Shown here: piece by piece, positions 36,953 through 46,754 of the stretch | Layout of the letters: each line of letters begins with the position of its first letter | Position numbering within the stretch: position 1 is the first letter of the stretch | Source of the DNA: Candidatus Spongiisociaceae bacterium | GTDB taxonomy: Bacteria > Actinomycetota > Acidimicrobiia > Spongiisociales > Spongiisociaceae | Assembly: GCA_965202665.1 (NCBI GenBank) | Contig: OZ241841.1 | Coordinates: forward strand, 1,920,001-1,984,000 | Direction of reading: 5' to 3' | Length of the DNA: 64,000 nucleotides | Notes under the pieces: model-generated | What the model was told of the DNA's origin: nothing | Databases searched by the model: none | What the model saw: the letters and a program-made list of their open reading frames with translations, nothing else | Made by a program: the position numbers and the translations under genes

Positions 36953-37480
36953 ATGGCTTTGGCCGTTCATACCCGGCACGATGACGTGCTCGGTTTGGTG
37001 GCGCCGGTGCTTCTGGCCGGGGTTCACCCTACGGCCCTGGTGGTGGATTTGGACCCGCGGGGGATTCCCTATCCGGGCCTGCGCACCCTGGCCGACCTGT
37101 GCCGGGACGGTCCCACCTTGGGGGAACTGCGGCCCGGCCGGAGCGGAGTGGCGGTGCTGCCCAACGGCGGCGCGGAGGCGGAGGAGGCCCGGCCGGCGCT
37201 GTCGGCGTTGCTGGAGGCCTGGCCGCAGGTGGTGTTCCGGGTGCGGGAGCGGTTGGACGGGGTTCCGTTGGCCGAAGTCGCTCCCCTGTTGCCCGGGGTG
37301 GAAACCGCCGGCCGCCCCCGGGTGTGGGTGAAAACCGGTTTGGGGCGGGCGGAGCCGGGGCCGGGGCCGGTGGTGGAAGGACCGGGCCGGTCGGCGGCGG
37401 CGGCCGTGCTGGACGGCCGGGTTCCCGCCGGGTGGCGCCTGCGTTCTTGGAGAAAGGTGTGGGAATGGCCTTGGGAGTAG
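36953..37480 (+). CDS. Degenerate Ssd/CpaE(TadZ)-like protein
   Basis: ALVVDLDPRG motif; first gene of the tad cluster; no recognisable P-loop. Confidence 0.5.
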   Translation: MALAVHTRHDDVLGLVAPVLLAGVHPTALVVDLDPRGIPYPGLRTLADLCRDGPTLGELRPGRSGVAVLPNGGAEAEEARPALSALLEAWPQVVFRVRERLDGVPLAEVAPLLPGVETAGRPRVWVKTGLGRAEPGPGPVVEGPGRSAAAAVLDGRVPAGWRLRSWRKVWEWPWE

Positions 37481-38526
37481 CGGATCGGCTGATGCGCCGG
37501 GTGCTGGAATCCGATGTGGAGTTGACCCGGGAGAAGGCCCGGGCCGAAGCCGAGCGCATACTGGCCACCGAGTCGCCCCTGGCCCCGCCCGGGATCATCG
37601 AAACGGTGGTGGACAACCTGGTCGGCCTGGGGCCGCTGGAACCTTTGTTGCGCGACCCGGCGGTGTCCGATGTGCTGGTGAACGGTCCGGATGAAGTGTG
37701 GGTGGAACGGTCGGGGACGATGGAGCGCGCCGCGGCCTCCTTCGCCGACGAAGGGGCGGTGTTGGCGGCCGTGGAACGCACCATCGCCCCGCTGGGATTG
37801 CGCCTGGACCAGGCCAGCCCGCTGGTGAGCGCCCGCCTGCCCGACGGCAGCCGCCTGCATGCCGTGATCCCGCCGGTGGCCATCGACGGGCCGGTGGTGG
37901 CCATTCGCCGCTTCACCGCCACCGCCCCCGACTTGGACACTTTCGTGGAATGGGGCTCCATGACCTCCGGCCAGCGGGAGTTTTTGGCCGCCGCCATTCG
38001 GGAGCGGAAAAACATCGTGGTCAGCGGGGGCACCGGGGCGGGCAAGACCACCTTGCTCAACGCCATGGCGGCCATGGTGGATCCGTCCGAGCGGTTGGTC
38101 ACCATCGAGGACGCGGCCGAGTTGAGTTTTCCCGGGCACGTGGTGCGTTTGGAGGCCCGGCCCTCCAACGCCGAAGGGCGGGGGGAGGTGGCCCTGGCCG
38201 ACCTGTTGCGCACCGCCCTCCGCTTGCGGCCGGACCGGATCATCGTGGGGGAAGTGCGGGGGGCGGAGGCCTTGGAAATGATTTCGGCCATGAACACCGG
38301 CCACGACGGAAGCCTGTCCACCGTCCACGCCAACGGGCCGGAAGACGCCCTGTGGCGTTTGGAAACTTTGGCTTTGACGGCCGACAACGCCGGGGAGACG
38401 GCGGTGCGGCGCCAGCTTCGGTCGGCCGTTCACTTGGTGGCCCATCTGTCCCGCCGGGGGACGCGCCGCCGCTTGGAGGTGATAGCCGAAGTGGGCCCTG
38501 ACGGGTGCCGGGAGGCGGAGTTCTGA
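37465..38526 (+). CDS. tadA: CpaF/TadA pilus assembly ATPase (start reassigned)
   Basis: LGPLEPLL, SGGTGAGKTT, TIEDAAEL, LRLRPDRIIVGEVRG, NTGHDG. Confidence 0.92.
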   Translation: MALGVADRLMRRVLESDVELTREKARAEAERILATESPLAPPGIIETVVDNLVGLGPLEPLLRDPAVSDVLVNGPDEVWVERSGTMERAAASFADEGAVLAAVERTIAPLGLRLDQASPLVSARLPDGSRLHAVIPPVAIDGPVVAIRRFTATAPDLDTFVEWGSMTSGQREFLAAAIRERKNIVVSGGTGAGKTTLLNAMAAMVDPSERLVTIEDAAELSFPGHVVRLEARPSNAEGRGEVALADLLRTALRLRPDRIIVGEVRGAEALEMISAMNTGHDGSLSTVHANGPEDALWRLETLALTADNAGETAVRRQLRSAVHLVAHLSRRGTRRRLEVIAEVGPDGCREAEF

Positions 38527-39206
38527 TGCCGGGGGTTCCCATGTTCTTGTTGTTGGCGGTCGGTTTGGCTTGGGAGCCCCGTCGCTGGGCGGACGCGGCC
38601 GGGCTGGCGGCGGCGGCGATCCTGCCCTGGTGGATAACGGTCCCGGTCCTGGCCGGGTTGGCGATGCGCCGGATGATGCGCCGGGCGGACCCGCAGGAGG
38701 AGGTGGCTTTTCTGCAGGCGGTGGCCGCCGAGTTGCGAGCCGGGCGCAGCCTGAGGCACGCCCTGGTTCGGGGATGCGACCGGGCTCCCGGTTTGGACTT
38801 GGCGCAGATGACCCGCATGGCCGAAGCGGGGCGGCCGATGGAGGAAGTGGCGGCTGCCGCTGCCCTGGGGTTGCCCGGAACCGGGCGGCTGGCGGAGGCG
38901 GCGGTGCGCATCGGGGCCGAATGCGGGGGGATGGTGGCCCCCGTTTTCACCACCTTGGCCGGGATTCAGGCGGACCGGATCGAGTTGGGACGGGAGGCCG
39001 CCTCCGCCACCGCCGCCGCCCGGGCTTCCATGATGGTGTTGGCGGCTATCCCGTTGGGCGGGTTGGCGGTCACGCTGGCCTCCGGGCGGTGGGGGGCCCT
39101 TTTCGCCATGGGCGGCCCCGGATTGGCTTTAGCGGGAATGGGGACGGCGTTGCTGTTGGCCGGGGCGGGATGCGTGCTGTGGTTGGGGCGGGGCGCCGGG
39201 CGATGA
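38526..39206 (+). CDS. TadB-like type II secretion F-family membrane protein
   Basis: AAELRAG; ARASMMVLAAIP; order within the tad cluster. Confidence 0.75.
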   Translation: MPGVPMFLLLAVGLAWEPRRWADAAGLAAAAILPWWITVPVLAGLAMRRMMRRADPQEEVAFLQAVAAELRAGRSLRHALVRGCDRAPGLDLAQMTRMAEAGRPMEEVAAAAALGLPGTGRLAEAAVRIGAECGGMVAPVFTTLAGIQADRIELGREAASATAAARASMMVLAAIPLGGLAVTLASGRWGALFAMGGPGLALAGMGTALLLAGAGCVLWLGRGAGR

Positions 39207-39853
39207 CTTTTTTCCCTTTGTTTACCGTGTTCGCCGCCGGTTGGACGTTGTGGCTGTTGTCGGAGGCTTGGCCCCCGGCGCGGCGGCGGGCGGCGGTCCT
39301 GGGGGCGGTGATGGTCGCCGCCCATCCCGGGGCGGGTTTGTGCCTGGGGTTTTCCTGTCTGGCTTGGCGGTGGGCCCGCTCCCGGAAACGGAGCCGGGAG
39401 GCGGTAGCCGAAGCCGGGCGGGAAGTGGAGTTGCTGGCCCGGTCGCTTTTGGTGGCGCTGTCCGGGGGTTTGTCGCCCGACGCCGCTTTGCGCACCGCCC
39501 GCCGCTCCTTGCGCTCCGAGTTGGGCGGGGAAGTGGACCGGATCTTGCGCGAGTCGGCCCGCTCCGGATTGGCGTCCGCCCTCCTCGCCGCCGGAGGCGC
39601 CGGGGGGCGGCTCTTCCGGCAGTTGGGGGCGGCCCACCTGTCCGGGGCTCCGATGATCGTGACGCTCACCGCCCTGGCCCGCGACCTGCACGATTCGGCC
39701 CGGGCCGAAGCGGTGCAACGGGCCCGCAAACTGCCGGTGAAGATGGTGATACCGCTCTCCTTGCTGATGCTTCCCGGTTTCCTGATGTTGATGGCCGGCC
39801 CGGCGGTTCTGCCCTCCTTCGGCAGGCTGCTGGGCCCGATGGTTGGTTCCTGA
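39203..39853 (+). CDS. TadC-like type II secretion F-family membrane protein (start reassigned)
   Basis: ARKLPVKMVIPLSLLMLPGF; ATGA overlap. Confidence 0.78.
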   Translation: MTFFPLFTVFAAGWTLWLLSEAWPPARRRAAVLGAVMVAAHPGAGLCLGFSCLAWRWARSRKRSREAVAEAGREVELLARSLLVALSGGLSPDAALRTARRSLRSELGGEVDRILRESARSGLASALLAAGGAGGRLFRQLGAAHLSGAPMIVTLTALARDLHDSARAEAVQRARKLPVKMVIPLSLLMLPGFLMLMAGPAVLPSFGRLLGPMVGS

Positions 39854-39916
39854 TGTCGCTTCCCCCCGTACCGGCCGGCCGCCGGATTCCCGCTCGGCGG
39901 GAGAAAGGAGAAAGAA

Positions 39917-40093
39917 ATGGCCCGTTTGTTGGCCCTGATGCGCAACGAGGAGGGTCAGGTGACCCTGGAGTACGTTCTGGTCGCCCTGGCGGCGGCCGGA
40001 CTGGCCACGGTGCTGATCACCTGGATCGGACGGTCCAAGGTGGTCACGGGGTTCTTCAGCTCCGTGTTCAAGACCGTCACCGGCATGTTCTAA
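39917..40093 (+). CDS. Flp family type IVc major pilin (58 aa, absent from the ORF track)
   Basis: Hand translation MARLLALMRNEEG/QVTLEYVLVALAAAGLATVLITWIG...; G|xxxxEY motif; AAGGAG RBS. Confidence 0.88.
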   Translation: MARLLALMRNEEGQVTLEYVLVALAAAGLATVLITWIGRSKVVTGFFSSVFKTVTGMF

Positions 40094-40116
40094 GAGCCGA
40101 GCGGGGCTCTGCGACC

Positions 40117-40452
40117 ATGGAATTCGTGTTCATCATTCCCCTGGTGGCTTTGTTGCTGGCGGGAGTGGTGGAAGCGGCGGCGGCCGCCCGCACCTCGTTG
40201 CACCTGATGTCCGCCGCCCGGGAAGGGGCGCGGGCGGCTGCGGTCGCCCCCGACCCGGGCCGGGCGATAGAAGCCACCCGCCGCGCCCTGGGCGAAGACC
40301 TGGGGCGCCGGGTGCGGATTACGGTGGAACGTCCGTCGGTGGCGGGCCGTCCGGCGACGGTGACGGTAAGGCTCGACTACCGGGTCTTATCAGCCTTGGG
40401 CGGTTTCACGACGCCCATGCAATTCACCTCCACTATGCGAGTGGAGAAGTGA
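40117..40452 (+). CDS. TadE-like pseudopilin (true start uncertain)
   Basis: In-frame ERG/SATMEF; AAREGARAAA motif. Confidence 0.75.
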   Translation: MEFVFIIPLVALLLAGVVEAAAAARTSLHLMSAAREGARAAAVAPDPGRAIEATRRALGEDLGRRVRITVERPSVAGRPATVTVRLDYRVLSALGGFTTPMQFTSTMRVEK

Positions 40453-40835
40453 GAAAGGAGCGCGGTTCGGTTACGGTGGCCGTCTTGGGGGTGGCCGCCG
40501 TGGCCATCGCGTTGACGGTGGGCCTGGCCGGGATCGGGCAGGCGCTGGCCGCCCGGGCCGCGGTAGCGACCGCCGCCGAAGCGGCCGCTTTGGCCGCCGC
40601 TCCGGTTACCTTCCGCCCTTTCGGAGCGAAGGGGGGCCCGTGGGAGGAGGCGGCCCGTTACGCCCGGGCCAACGGAGCGGAGTTGGTGGAATGCCGGTGC
40701 CCGCCCGACCCCGGCTATCGCCCCCGCACGGCCGTGGTCCGGGTGAGGGCGGTGACGAAGGTGTTGGGGGTGGGGAGGCTGACGGTGGAGGCGGAGGCGG
40801 CCGCCGAGTTCCGCCCGTTGGCCCTGTTCCATTGA
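40449..40835 (+). CDS. TadE/TadG-like pseudopilin (Rv3654c-like)
   Basis: ERG/SVT hydrophobic helix; AAEAAALAAA; ARANGAELVEC. Confidence 0.75.
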   Translation: MRKERGSVTVAVLGVAAVAIALTVGLAGIGQALAARAAVATAAEAAALAAAPVTFRPFGAKGGPWEEAARYARANGAELVECRCPPDPGYRPRTAVVRVRAVTKVLGVGRLTVEAEAAAEFRPLALFH

Positions 40836-40867
40836 GGCCGGGACTTGGGGCAGCGGGTTCGGGTGGG

Positions 40868-41308
40868 TCAGGCGCAGAGCCGGCAACGGCCCTCCACCTC
40901 CAGGGTGTGGCCGGTCAGGGCGTAGCCTCCGGTCCCGGCGATGCGGGCCGCCACCTGCTCGATGGAGGCTTCCATCTCGGAGGACAGTTCCACGTCGTCC
41001 ACAGATCCGCAGTCGACGCACACCAGATGGTGGTGATGGCCGATCAGCCATTCGGCCGGTTCGTAGCGGGTTACGCCCGTTGGCCCATGGTGGGGGGACA
41101 GAATCCCCGCTTCGGCCATCACCGCCAGGGAGCGGTAGAGGGAGGACAGGGGGAGGGGGGGCTGCATTTCCCGATGCAACTCCACCGCCGCCCGGGGTCC
41201 GTCGGCCCGGATGAGGGCCTCTAGCACCTGTTGCCGGCCGCGGGTGTATCTGATGCCGCGTTCCCCCAGGCGGAGGCGCGCCAACTGTTCAATCTGGGTG
41301 ACGGTCAT
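40868..41308 (-). CDS. Fur-family regulator, probably Zur
   Basis: YTRGRQQVL, SLYRSL, HHHHLVCVDCG, CRLC; divergent from zinc uptake genes. Confidence 0.85.
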   Translation of the reverse strand: MTVTQIEQLARLRLGERGIRYTRGRQQVLEALIRADGPRAAVELHREMQPPLPLSSLYRSLAVMAEAGILSPHHGPTGVTRYEPAEWLIGHHHHLVCVDCGSVDDVELSSEMEASIEQVAARIAGTGGYALTGHTLEVEGRCRLCA

Positions 41309-41322
41309 CGCAATTTGACTCC

Positions 41323-41345
41323 ATAATGATATTGGTTATCATTAT
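41323..41345. promoter_or_regulatory. Zur/Fur-type operator
   Basis: Perfect 9-5-9 inverted repeat ATAATGATA-TTGGT-TATCATTAT between the divergent regulator and znuA-like gene. Confidence 0.8.
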
Positions 41346-41393
41346 AGAAAATACCCGATAAGTTGGCAACCACGGGAAGTAAGGAGGAAGCAC

Positions 41394-42431
41394 ATGAGAG
41401 GCGGATTGCGCGGATTGGCCTTGCTGGCGGCGGCTGTTTTGGGAGCGGCGGCTTGCGGGGGCGGGGATGGTCCGGTGTACGAAGAAAACGTCCCGGTCAC
41501 CGCCGAAAGCGAGACCGTGATCTTGGCCACCACCTCCATCTTGGGCGACATCGTCCGCAACGTGGCGGGGGAGCGGGCGCGGGTGGATGTGCTGATGCCG
41601 TCCGGAATTGACCCCCATGAATTTGAACCCTCCATCGAGCAGGTGAACTCCCTGTACAGGGTGAACCTGGTGGTGTCTAATGGGATGAGATTAGAAGAGG
41701 GGATGACGGAAGTGTTGGACATTGCGATGAGTGAAGGGGTGAACCTGTTTGAGTTGGGAACGACGGCGGTCGGCGCAGGCGGGCTGACAGGGGAAGATCT
41801 CGAAGAAGGGGAGCACGAGGAACACGAGGGTGAGGCAGGTCATGATGAGGGTGAGCACGATCATGAGGGTGAGGCGGGTCAGGCCCATGCGCATGATCAT
41901 GGGGGAGTGGACCCGCATTTTTGGCTGGATCCCATCTTGGTAGCGGAGGGGGCGTTGGCCTTGGGGGAGAGGTTGACGCCCTTTGACGGGTCGGAGGAAT
42001 GGCGGGCGCAGGCGCAGGCCTACGCCGATCAAATGACCGCCCTGGATGCGGAAATCAGAGAAATATTGGCGGTCGTCCCCCCCTCGCAACGCAAACTGAT
42101 CACCAACCACGACGCCTTCGGCTACTTCGCGCAGCGTTACGGGTTCCAAGTGCTGGCTACGGTCATTCCTTCCACCAGCTCTTTGGCCGAACCGAGTTCG
42201 GCTCATTTGGCGGAGTTGGTGGAGATGATCGTCGAACAGGGCGTGCCGGCCATCTTCGTGGAAAACGACGCGGCGGAGGGTGTGGCGGAAGCGGTGGCCG
42301 CCGAGGTAGGAGCCGAAGTGCAGGTGGTGGAGTTGTACGCCCCATGGTTGGGCGAACCCGGTTCCGGGGCGGACACTTTGGCGGGAATGTTGCGGGTCAA
42401 CGCGCAAAGAATCGCGGAGGCCCTCGCATAG
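41394..42431 (+). CDS. Zn/Mn ABC substrate-binding lipoprotein with His/Glu-rich loop (ZnuA/AztC-like)
   Basis: Lipobox AAAC; DPHEFEP; His-rich insert; DPHFWLDP; HDAFGYFA. Confidence 0.9.
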   Translation: MRGGLRGLALLAAAVLGAAACGGGDGPVYEENVPVTAESETVILATTSILGDIVRNVAGERARVDVLMPSGIDPHEFEPSIEQVNSLYRVNLVVSNGMRLEEGMTEVLDIAMSEGVNLFELGTTAVGAGGLTGEDLEEGEHEEHEGEAGHDEGEHDHEGEAGQAHAHDHGGVDPHFWLDPILVAEGALALGERLTPFDGSEEWRAQAQAYADQMTALDAEIREILAVVPPSQRKLITNHDAFGYFAQRYGFQVLATVIPSTSSLAEPSSAHLAELVEMIVEQGVPAIFVENDAAEGVAEAVAAEVGAEVQVVELYAPWLGEPGSGADTLAGMLRVNAQRIAEALA

Positions 42432-42495
42432 TCCCCGCTAGAGACGCGCCCGCCGCGGCTGTCTGGTCGGCGGGCGCTGTCGCCGGGGATGGCTG

Positions 42496-43320
42496 ATGGA
42501 GTGGCTTACCGAACCCTTTGCGTACGGGTTTCAACAACGGGCGTTGCTGGGGGGAATTTTGGCGGCCGTCCTCAGTTCGTTGGTGGGGACCTGGGTGGTA
42601 ATTCGGGGGATGGCTTTTCTGGGCGATGCCTTGGTGCACGGGGTGATTCCGGGAATCGCCTTGGCCGTTCTGTTGGACTGGAACGTTTTACTGGGGGCGT
42701 CGTTGGCGGCCTTGGTGATGATCGGGGGGATAAACCTGGTCCACCGCCAGACCGTTTTCTCCGAAGACACCGGGATCGGCCTGCTGTTCGCCGGGATGCT
42801 GGGGTTGGGGGTGATACTCATCTCCCGCACCCCCTCCTATTCGTCGCAGCTGGCCGATGTGCTGTTCGGGAATGTGCTGGGCGTCACCGGGGGCGACATA
42901 GCCGCCTTGGCCGCGGTGCTGGCGACGGTGACCGTCGCCTCGGGGCTGTTCTACCGGGCGTTTCTGGTCCTGGCCTTCAACGAGCGGCAGGCCCGTTTAC
43001 TGGGAATGCGGCCGGCGTTGGCCAACGCGGTGTTGCTGGGGATGATTACCCTGTCCATAGTGGGGGCTTTCCGGACGGTGGGGACTTTGCTGGTTTTCGG
43101 GTTGTTCGTCGGCCCGCCCGCCACCGCCGCCCTCTTGGTGAGAAGGGTGCCGGCCATGATGGCGACGGGTGCCCTGATCGGGGTGGTGAGCGTGACTGTG
43201 GGCCTCATTATCAGCTACCACGCCGGCACTGCCGGTTCCGCCACCATGGCCGTGGTTCCGGTGTTGCTGTTTTTCATAACCTTGACGGTAGTCAACCTGC
43301 GGGCGCAACGCACCCATTGA
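42496..43320 (+). CDS. Zn/Mn ABC permease (ZnuB/AztB-like)
   Basis: GDALVHGVIPG, EDTGIG, LFGNVLGV. Confidence 0.9.
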   Translation: MEWLTEPFAYGFQQRALLGGILAAVLSSLVGTWVVIRGMAFLGDALVHGVIPGIALAVLLDWNVLLGASLAALVMIGGINLVHRQTVFSEDTGIGLLFAGMLGLGVILISRTPSYSSQLADVLFGNVLGVTGGDIAALAAVLATVTVASGLFYRAFLVLAFNERQARLLGMRPALANAVLLGMITLSIVGAFRTVGTLLVFGLFVGPPATAALLVRRVPAMMATGALIGVVSVTVGLIISYHAGTAGSATMAVVPVLLFFITLTVVNLRAQRTH

Positions 43321-43351
43321 AAGGGGAATTGCGCCCGGCCCGCGGAGGAGG

Positions 43352-45631
43352 TCAGGCGGGGTGCAGGGCGGCGTTCAGCAGTCGGACCGCCCCCTTTTTG
43401 GAAAGGGGTTCGTTCCAGTTGCCGCATTTGGGCGACTGCACGCAGGAGGGGCAGCCGGAGGCGCACGGACATCGGCGCAGGGCGGACAGGGCGGCTTCCA
43501 TCAGATCCAAGCGCACCCGGTAGGCCGCCGGGGCTATGCCCGCCCCGCCCGGATAGCCGTCGTAGATGAAAATGGAGCTGCGGTTGGTGTCCGGATGCAA
43601 GGGGGTGGACAGGCCGCCGATGTCGGAGCGGTCGCAGATGGCGAACAGGGGCATCATGGCGATCAGGGTATGTTCGGCGGCGTGCAACGCTCCGGGCAGA
43701 ACCTGGTGAACGCCCGCCCGCTCAATCAAACGGTGGGGGAAGGTGAACCAGAAAGCCTGGGTTTCCAACCGGTTCTCCGGCAGATCCAAGGGAACGTACT
43801 CCGTCCGCGGGCCCCGTTTCCGTTTCGGATATTGGCGCCGAAACCCTTTCACCTGGCTGCTGACCACCACTTTCCCCAGGTGAAATCCCATCTCCCCCGG
43901 CCCGGCGGGGGCGGACTCTTCCGTCACGTCCAGGTAATCGTCCACCTTCGGTTCGGTGTGAAAATCCACCGTCGCCCGCCGAACTCCGATTTCCCCTTTC
44001 TCCAAGTCCAGTTTCTCCACTAGGTAGTCATCCCCCTGGTGCAGGTAAATCGCCCCTTGGTGGGCGTCCCGGAAGGCCCGTTCCCGTTCCATGTTTCCCA
44101 TCGGCCGGGAAGACTCCAGGTCGTAAATGGTGAAAATCCGGTCCCCGGCGGTGCGCAGGCTCATCAAATGGGCGGGGGATTTTCCGTTCACCCAGTGGAT
44201 GCGGTTTTCGGTTTGCCGCAGTTTCCCCTCCCCGACCAGGCTCCGCACCGACTCCTCCAACCCTTCCCCCAGGTATCGGCGGTCGGACAGGCGCAGGGGC
44301 AGTTCGTAGGCGGCGCACCCGGCGTGGGCGTTGAGGACCGTGGGATTTTCAGGATTGACCACCGCCGCCTCCGGGGGGCGGGTGAACAGTTCCTGCGGAT
44401 GATGCATGAAATACTGGTCCAAGGCGTCGTTTCCGCCCACCAGGGTTACCAGGGACGCCCCCCGGTTGCGGCCCGCCCGTCCCGCCTGCTGGCGAAAAGA
44501 GGAGAGCGTTCCGGGAAACGAGCTGATCAGGGCCGCGTCCAGCCCGCCCACGTCGATGCCCAGCTCCAAAGCGTTGGTGGTGGTGATCCCCAGCAGGTTC
44601 CCGGAGAACAGGTTTTCCTCGATGCGGCGCCGGTCGGCCGCCGTGTAACCGGCCCGGTAGGAGGCGATGCGGCGGCCCAGGGGGCCCAGGCGGCGGGAAG
44701 CCCAGCGAAAGACCAGTTCCGCCCCTTTGCGACTGCGGGCGAAGGCGATGGTGTTCACCCGCCGTCCCACCAAATCCACCAGCAAGTCGGTGGTTTCGGC
44801 CTGCGCCGAGCGGCGCTCCCCCGACTCCGGATCCTCCAAAGGCGGATTCCACAGGGCGAAAACCCGCTCTCCGGAGGGGGAGTCGTCCTCCTGCAGGGCC
44901 GCCACATCCAGGCCGGACAGCCGGCGGGCCAACTCCTGCGGGTTGCCGATGGTGGCCGACGTGAAAACAAAAGTGGGGGAGGCCCGGTAATGGTCGGCCA
45001 GGCGGCGCAAGCGGCGCAGGACCAGGGCGGTGTGGCTGCCGAACATTCCCTTCAGATAATGCATTTCGTCCACTACCACGTAGGAGAGCCGGGATAGGAA
45101 CCGGCTCCATTTCCGATGGTGGGGGAGGATGCTGTAGTGGAGCATGTCGGGGTTGGTCAGAACCGCGTTGGCCCGGTTGCGCACCCGGGGGCGGTCGGGG
45201 GGAGGGAGATCCCCGTCGTAAGTGGCGACTACCAGGCCGGGAACGTCCCATTCCCGCAACGACCGGGCCTGATCCTGGGCCAGGGCCTTGGTAGGGAAAA
45301 TAAGCAGGGCGGTGCGGGACGGGTCTTCCAAGATCGCTTCGGCGATGGGCAGTTGATAGCACAAACTTTTGCCGGAGGCGGTGCCCGCCGCCACCGCCAG
45401 ATGCCCGCCGCGGCGGATGAGGTTGACGGCTTTGGCCTGATGACGGTAGAGGCGCTCCACGCCGCGGGCGGCCAGCCGTTCCTCCAACTCCCCGGGGAGG
45501 GCGGGGCTCAGCTGGCCGAAGCGGGCCCGGCGGCCCTCCTCCACCCGGTGATAGACCAGTTCGCCCCCCAGTTCCGGGTTGTCGCGCCAGTCCCGGAGGA
45601 CGGCTTGGAAGTCGGTGCGGGGGGAATCCAT
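43352..45631 (-). CDS. DEAD/DEAH-box helicase with DUF1998 (MrfA/Hrq1/SftH-like)
   Basis: GTASGKS, PTKALAQDQ, DEMH, ALELGIDVG, QQAGRAGR, C-x-C-x3-C-x2-C C-terminus. Confidence 0.92.
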   Translation of the reverse strand: MDSPRTDFQAVLRDWRDNPELGGELVYHRVEEGRRARFGQLSPALPGELEERLAARGVERLYRHQAKAVNLIRRGGHLAVAAGTASGKSLCYQLPIAEAILEDPSRTALLIFPTKALAQDQARSLREWDVPGLVVATYDGDLPPPDRPRVRNRANAVLTNPDMLHYSILPHHRKWSRFLSRLSYVVVDEMHYLKGMFGSHTALVLRRLRRLADHYRASPTFVFTSATIGNPQELARRLSGLDVAALQEDDSPSGERVFALWNPPLEDPESGERRSAQAETTDLLVDLVGRRVNTIAFARSRKGAELVFRWASRRLGPLGRRIASYRAGYTAADRRRIEENLFSGNLLGITTTNALELGIDVGGLDAALISSFPGTLSSFRQQAGRAGRNRGASLVTLVGGNDALDQYFMHHPQELFTRPPEAAVVNPENPTVLNAHAGCAAYELPLRLSDRRYLGEGLEESVRSLVGEGKLRQTENRIHWVNGKSPAHLMSLRTAGDRIFTIYDLESSRPMGNMERERAFRDAHQGAIYLHQGDDYLVEKLDLEKGEIGVRRATVDFHTEPKVDDYLDVTEESAPAGPGEMGFHLGKVVVSSQVKGFRRQYPKRKRGPRTEYVPLDLPENRLETQAFWFTFPHRLIERAGVHQVLPGALHAAEHTLIAMMPLFAICDRSDIGGLSTPLHPDTNRSSIFIYDGYPGGAGIAPAAYRVRLDLMEAALSALRRCPCASGCPSCVQSPKCGNWNEPLSKKGAVRLLNAALHPA

Positions 45632-45993
45632 TTTCCCATTATCGACTGCGGGCGGGACATTTTCCGGCAAAGGCGGCGGCGGGGGGTTGCGGCGCCCCTA
45701 TTCTGGGGGGCGATGCCCGCCAGTCGGGAGGCGGTGACGGTCTTGCCCACCGCCGCCCTCAGCCTCACCTTCCTTAACTTCGCAGCCACCGGCCGTCCCT
45801 CCTGGCTGATCACCCCTGCTGGACCGGGTCGGCTGGGACGCGGCGGCGGAATGGTTGCGGCCGCCATTGCGGGCTGGACGGTTCTGGGGTATATGTCCCT
45901 GCGCTCCCGTACCGTGTGGCGGGGGGCGGGTTTGCGCATCGCGGTGGCCATGATCATGGATCTTTCGGCGCCGGCCCGGGGGGGAGTGTTGCG

Positions 45994-46707
45994 GTGAAGA
46001 CGGCCCGGCGGGCGGGGGAAGGGTTGGCGGCGGCCGGGGCCGGGGCGGCGCTGGCCTGGCTGTTCCTGTCCGGGGTGGGGCCGCTCCCCCCCGGGGCGGG
46101 GGCGGCCGGGGCGGCGGTCGCCGGGCTGAACGGGGCGCTTTCCGGGGCGGCCGGAATTTACGACTGGCGGAGGTTGCGGGGGTGGGCCGGGTTCGCAGCC
46201 GATTCCACCTGGGGCCTGCTGGGGACCGTCTTGGGCCTGGCCTTGCATGGGGCCGGCCTTATCGCCTCCCGCCCCGGATGGACGGCGGACCTCAGCCGGC
46301 GCCGCAACCGGCACGTCTACGAGCGGGGGTGGACGGTACGGCGGGGGTTCGCCCTGTCGTTGGGGAACGTGGTGACGGGCGGGGGCGGGTCGGCGGGGCT
46401 GTCCGGGGAAACGGAGGCGTCGCTCCGCCGCCGGAAACTGGTGGAAGTACACGAGCAGACGCATATTTTTCAGAGCAGGGTGTTCGGTCCCCTGTACACG
46501 CTCGGCTACGGGTTGTGGATGGCGGTGGGGGCCTTGGCTGGTTTGGCGACGGCCCTGGTAACGGACCGGGGCCGGATTTGGTCGGTGGTGGAAACCTTCG
46601 CCTACTACGACAATCCTTTTGAATACTGGGCCTACCGCAAAGACCGGTATTGGCCTCCGCGCGGCGCCCATCCCCGCTTCGTCTGGCCTCCCCGCCCTAA
46701 AAATTAA
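45994..46707 (+). CDS. Membrane protein with HExxH motif (putative zinc metallopeptidase-like)
   Basis: Hydrophobic segments; LSLGNVV...HEQTHIFQ...NPFEYWAY. Confidence 0.6.
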   Translation: MKTARRAGEGLAAAGAGAALAWLFLSGVGPLPPGAGAAGAAVAGLNGALSGAAGIYDWRRLRGWAGFAADSTWGLLGTVLGLALHGAGLIASRPGWTADLSRRRNRHVYERGWTVRRGFALSLGNVVTGGGGSAGLSGETEASLRRRKLVEVHEQTHIFQSRVFGPLYTLGYGLWMAVGALAGLATALVTDRGRIWSVVETFAYYDNPFEYWAYRKDRYWPPRGAHPRFVWPPRPKN

Positions 46708-46754
46708 TTTAGGGGTAACGTCATCGGGCGGGTTTGGCCTGTTATAATGCCGAC

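Noticed and set aside
45713-45997. Short hydrophobic ORF upstream of the HExxH protein
   Set aside because: Could be a membrane-protein remnant, but there is no convincing motif or RBS
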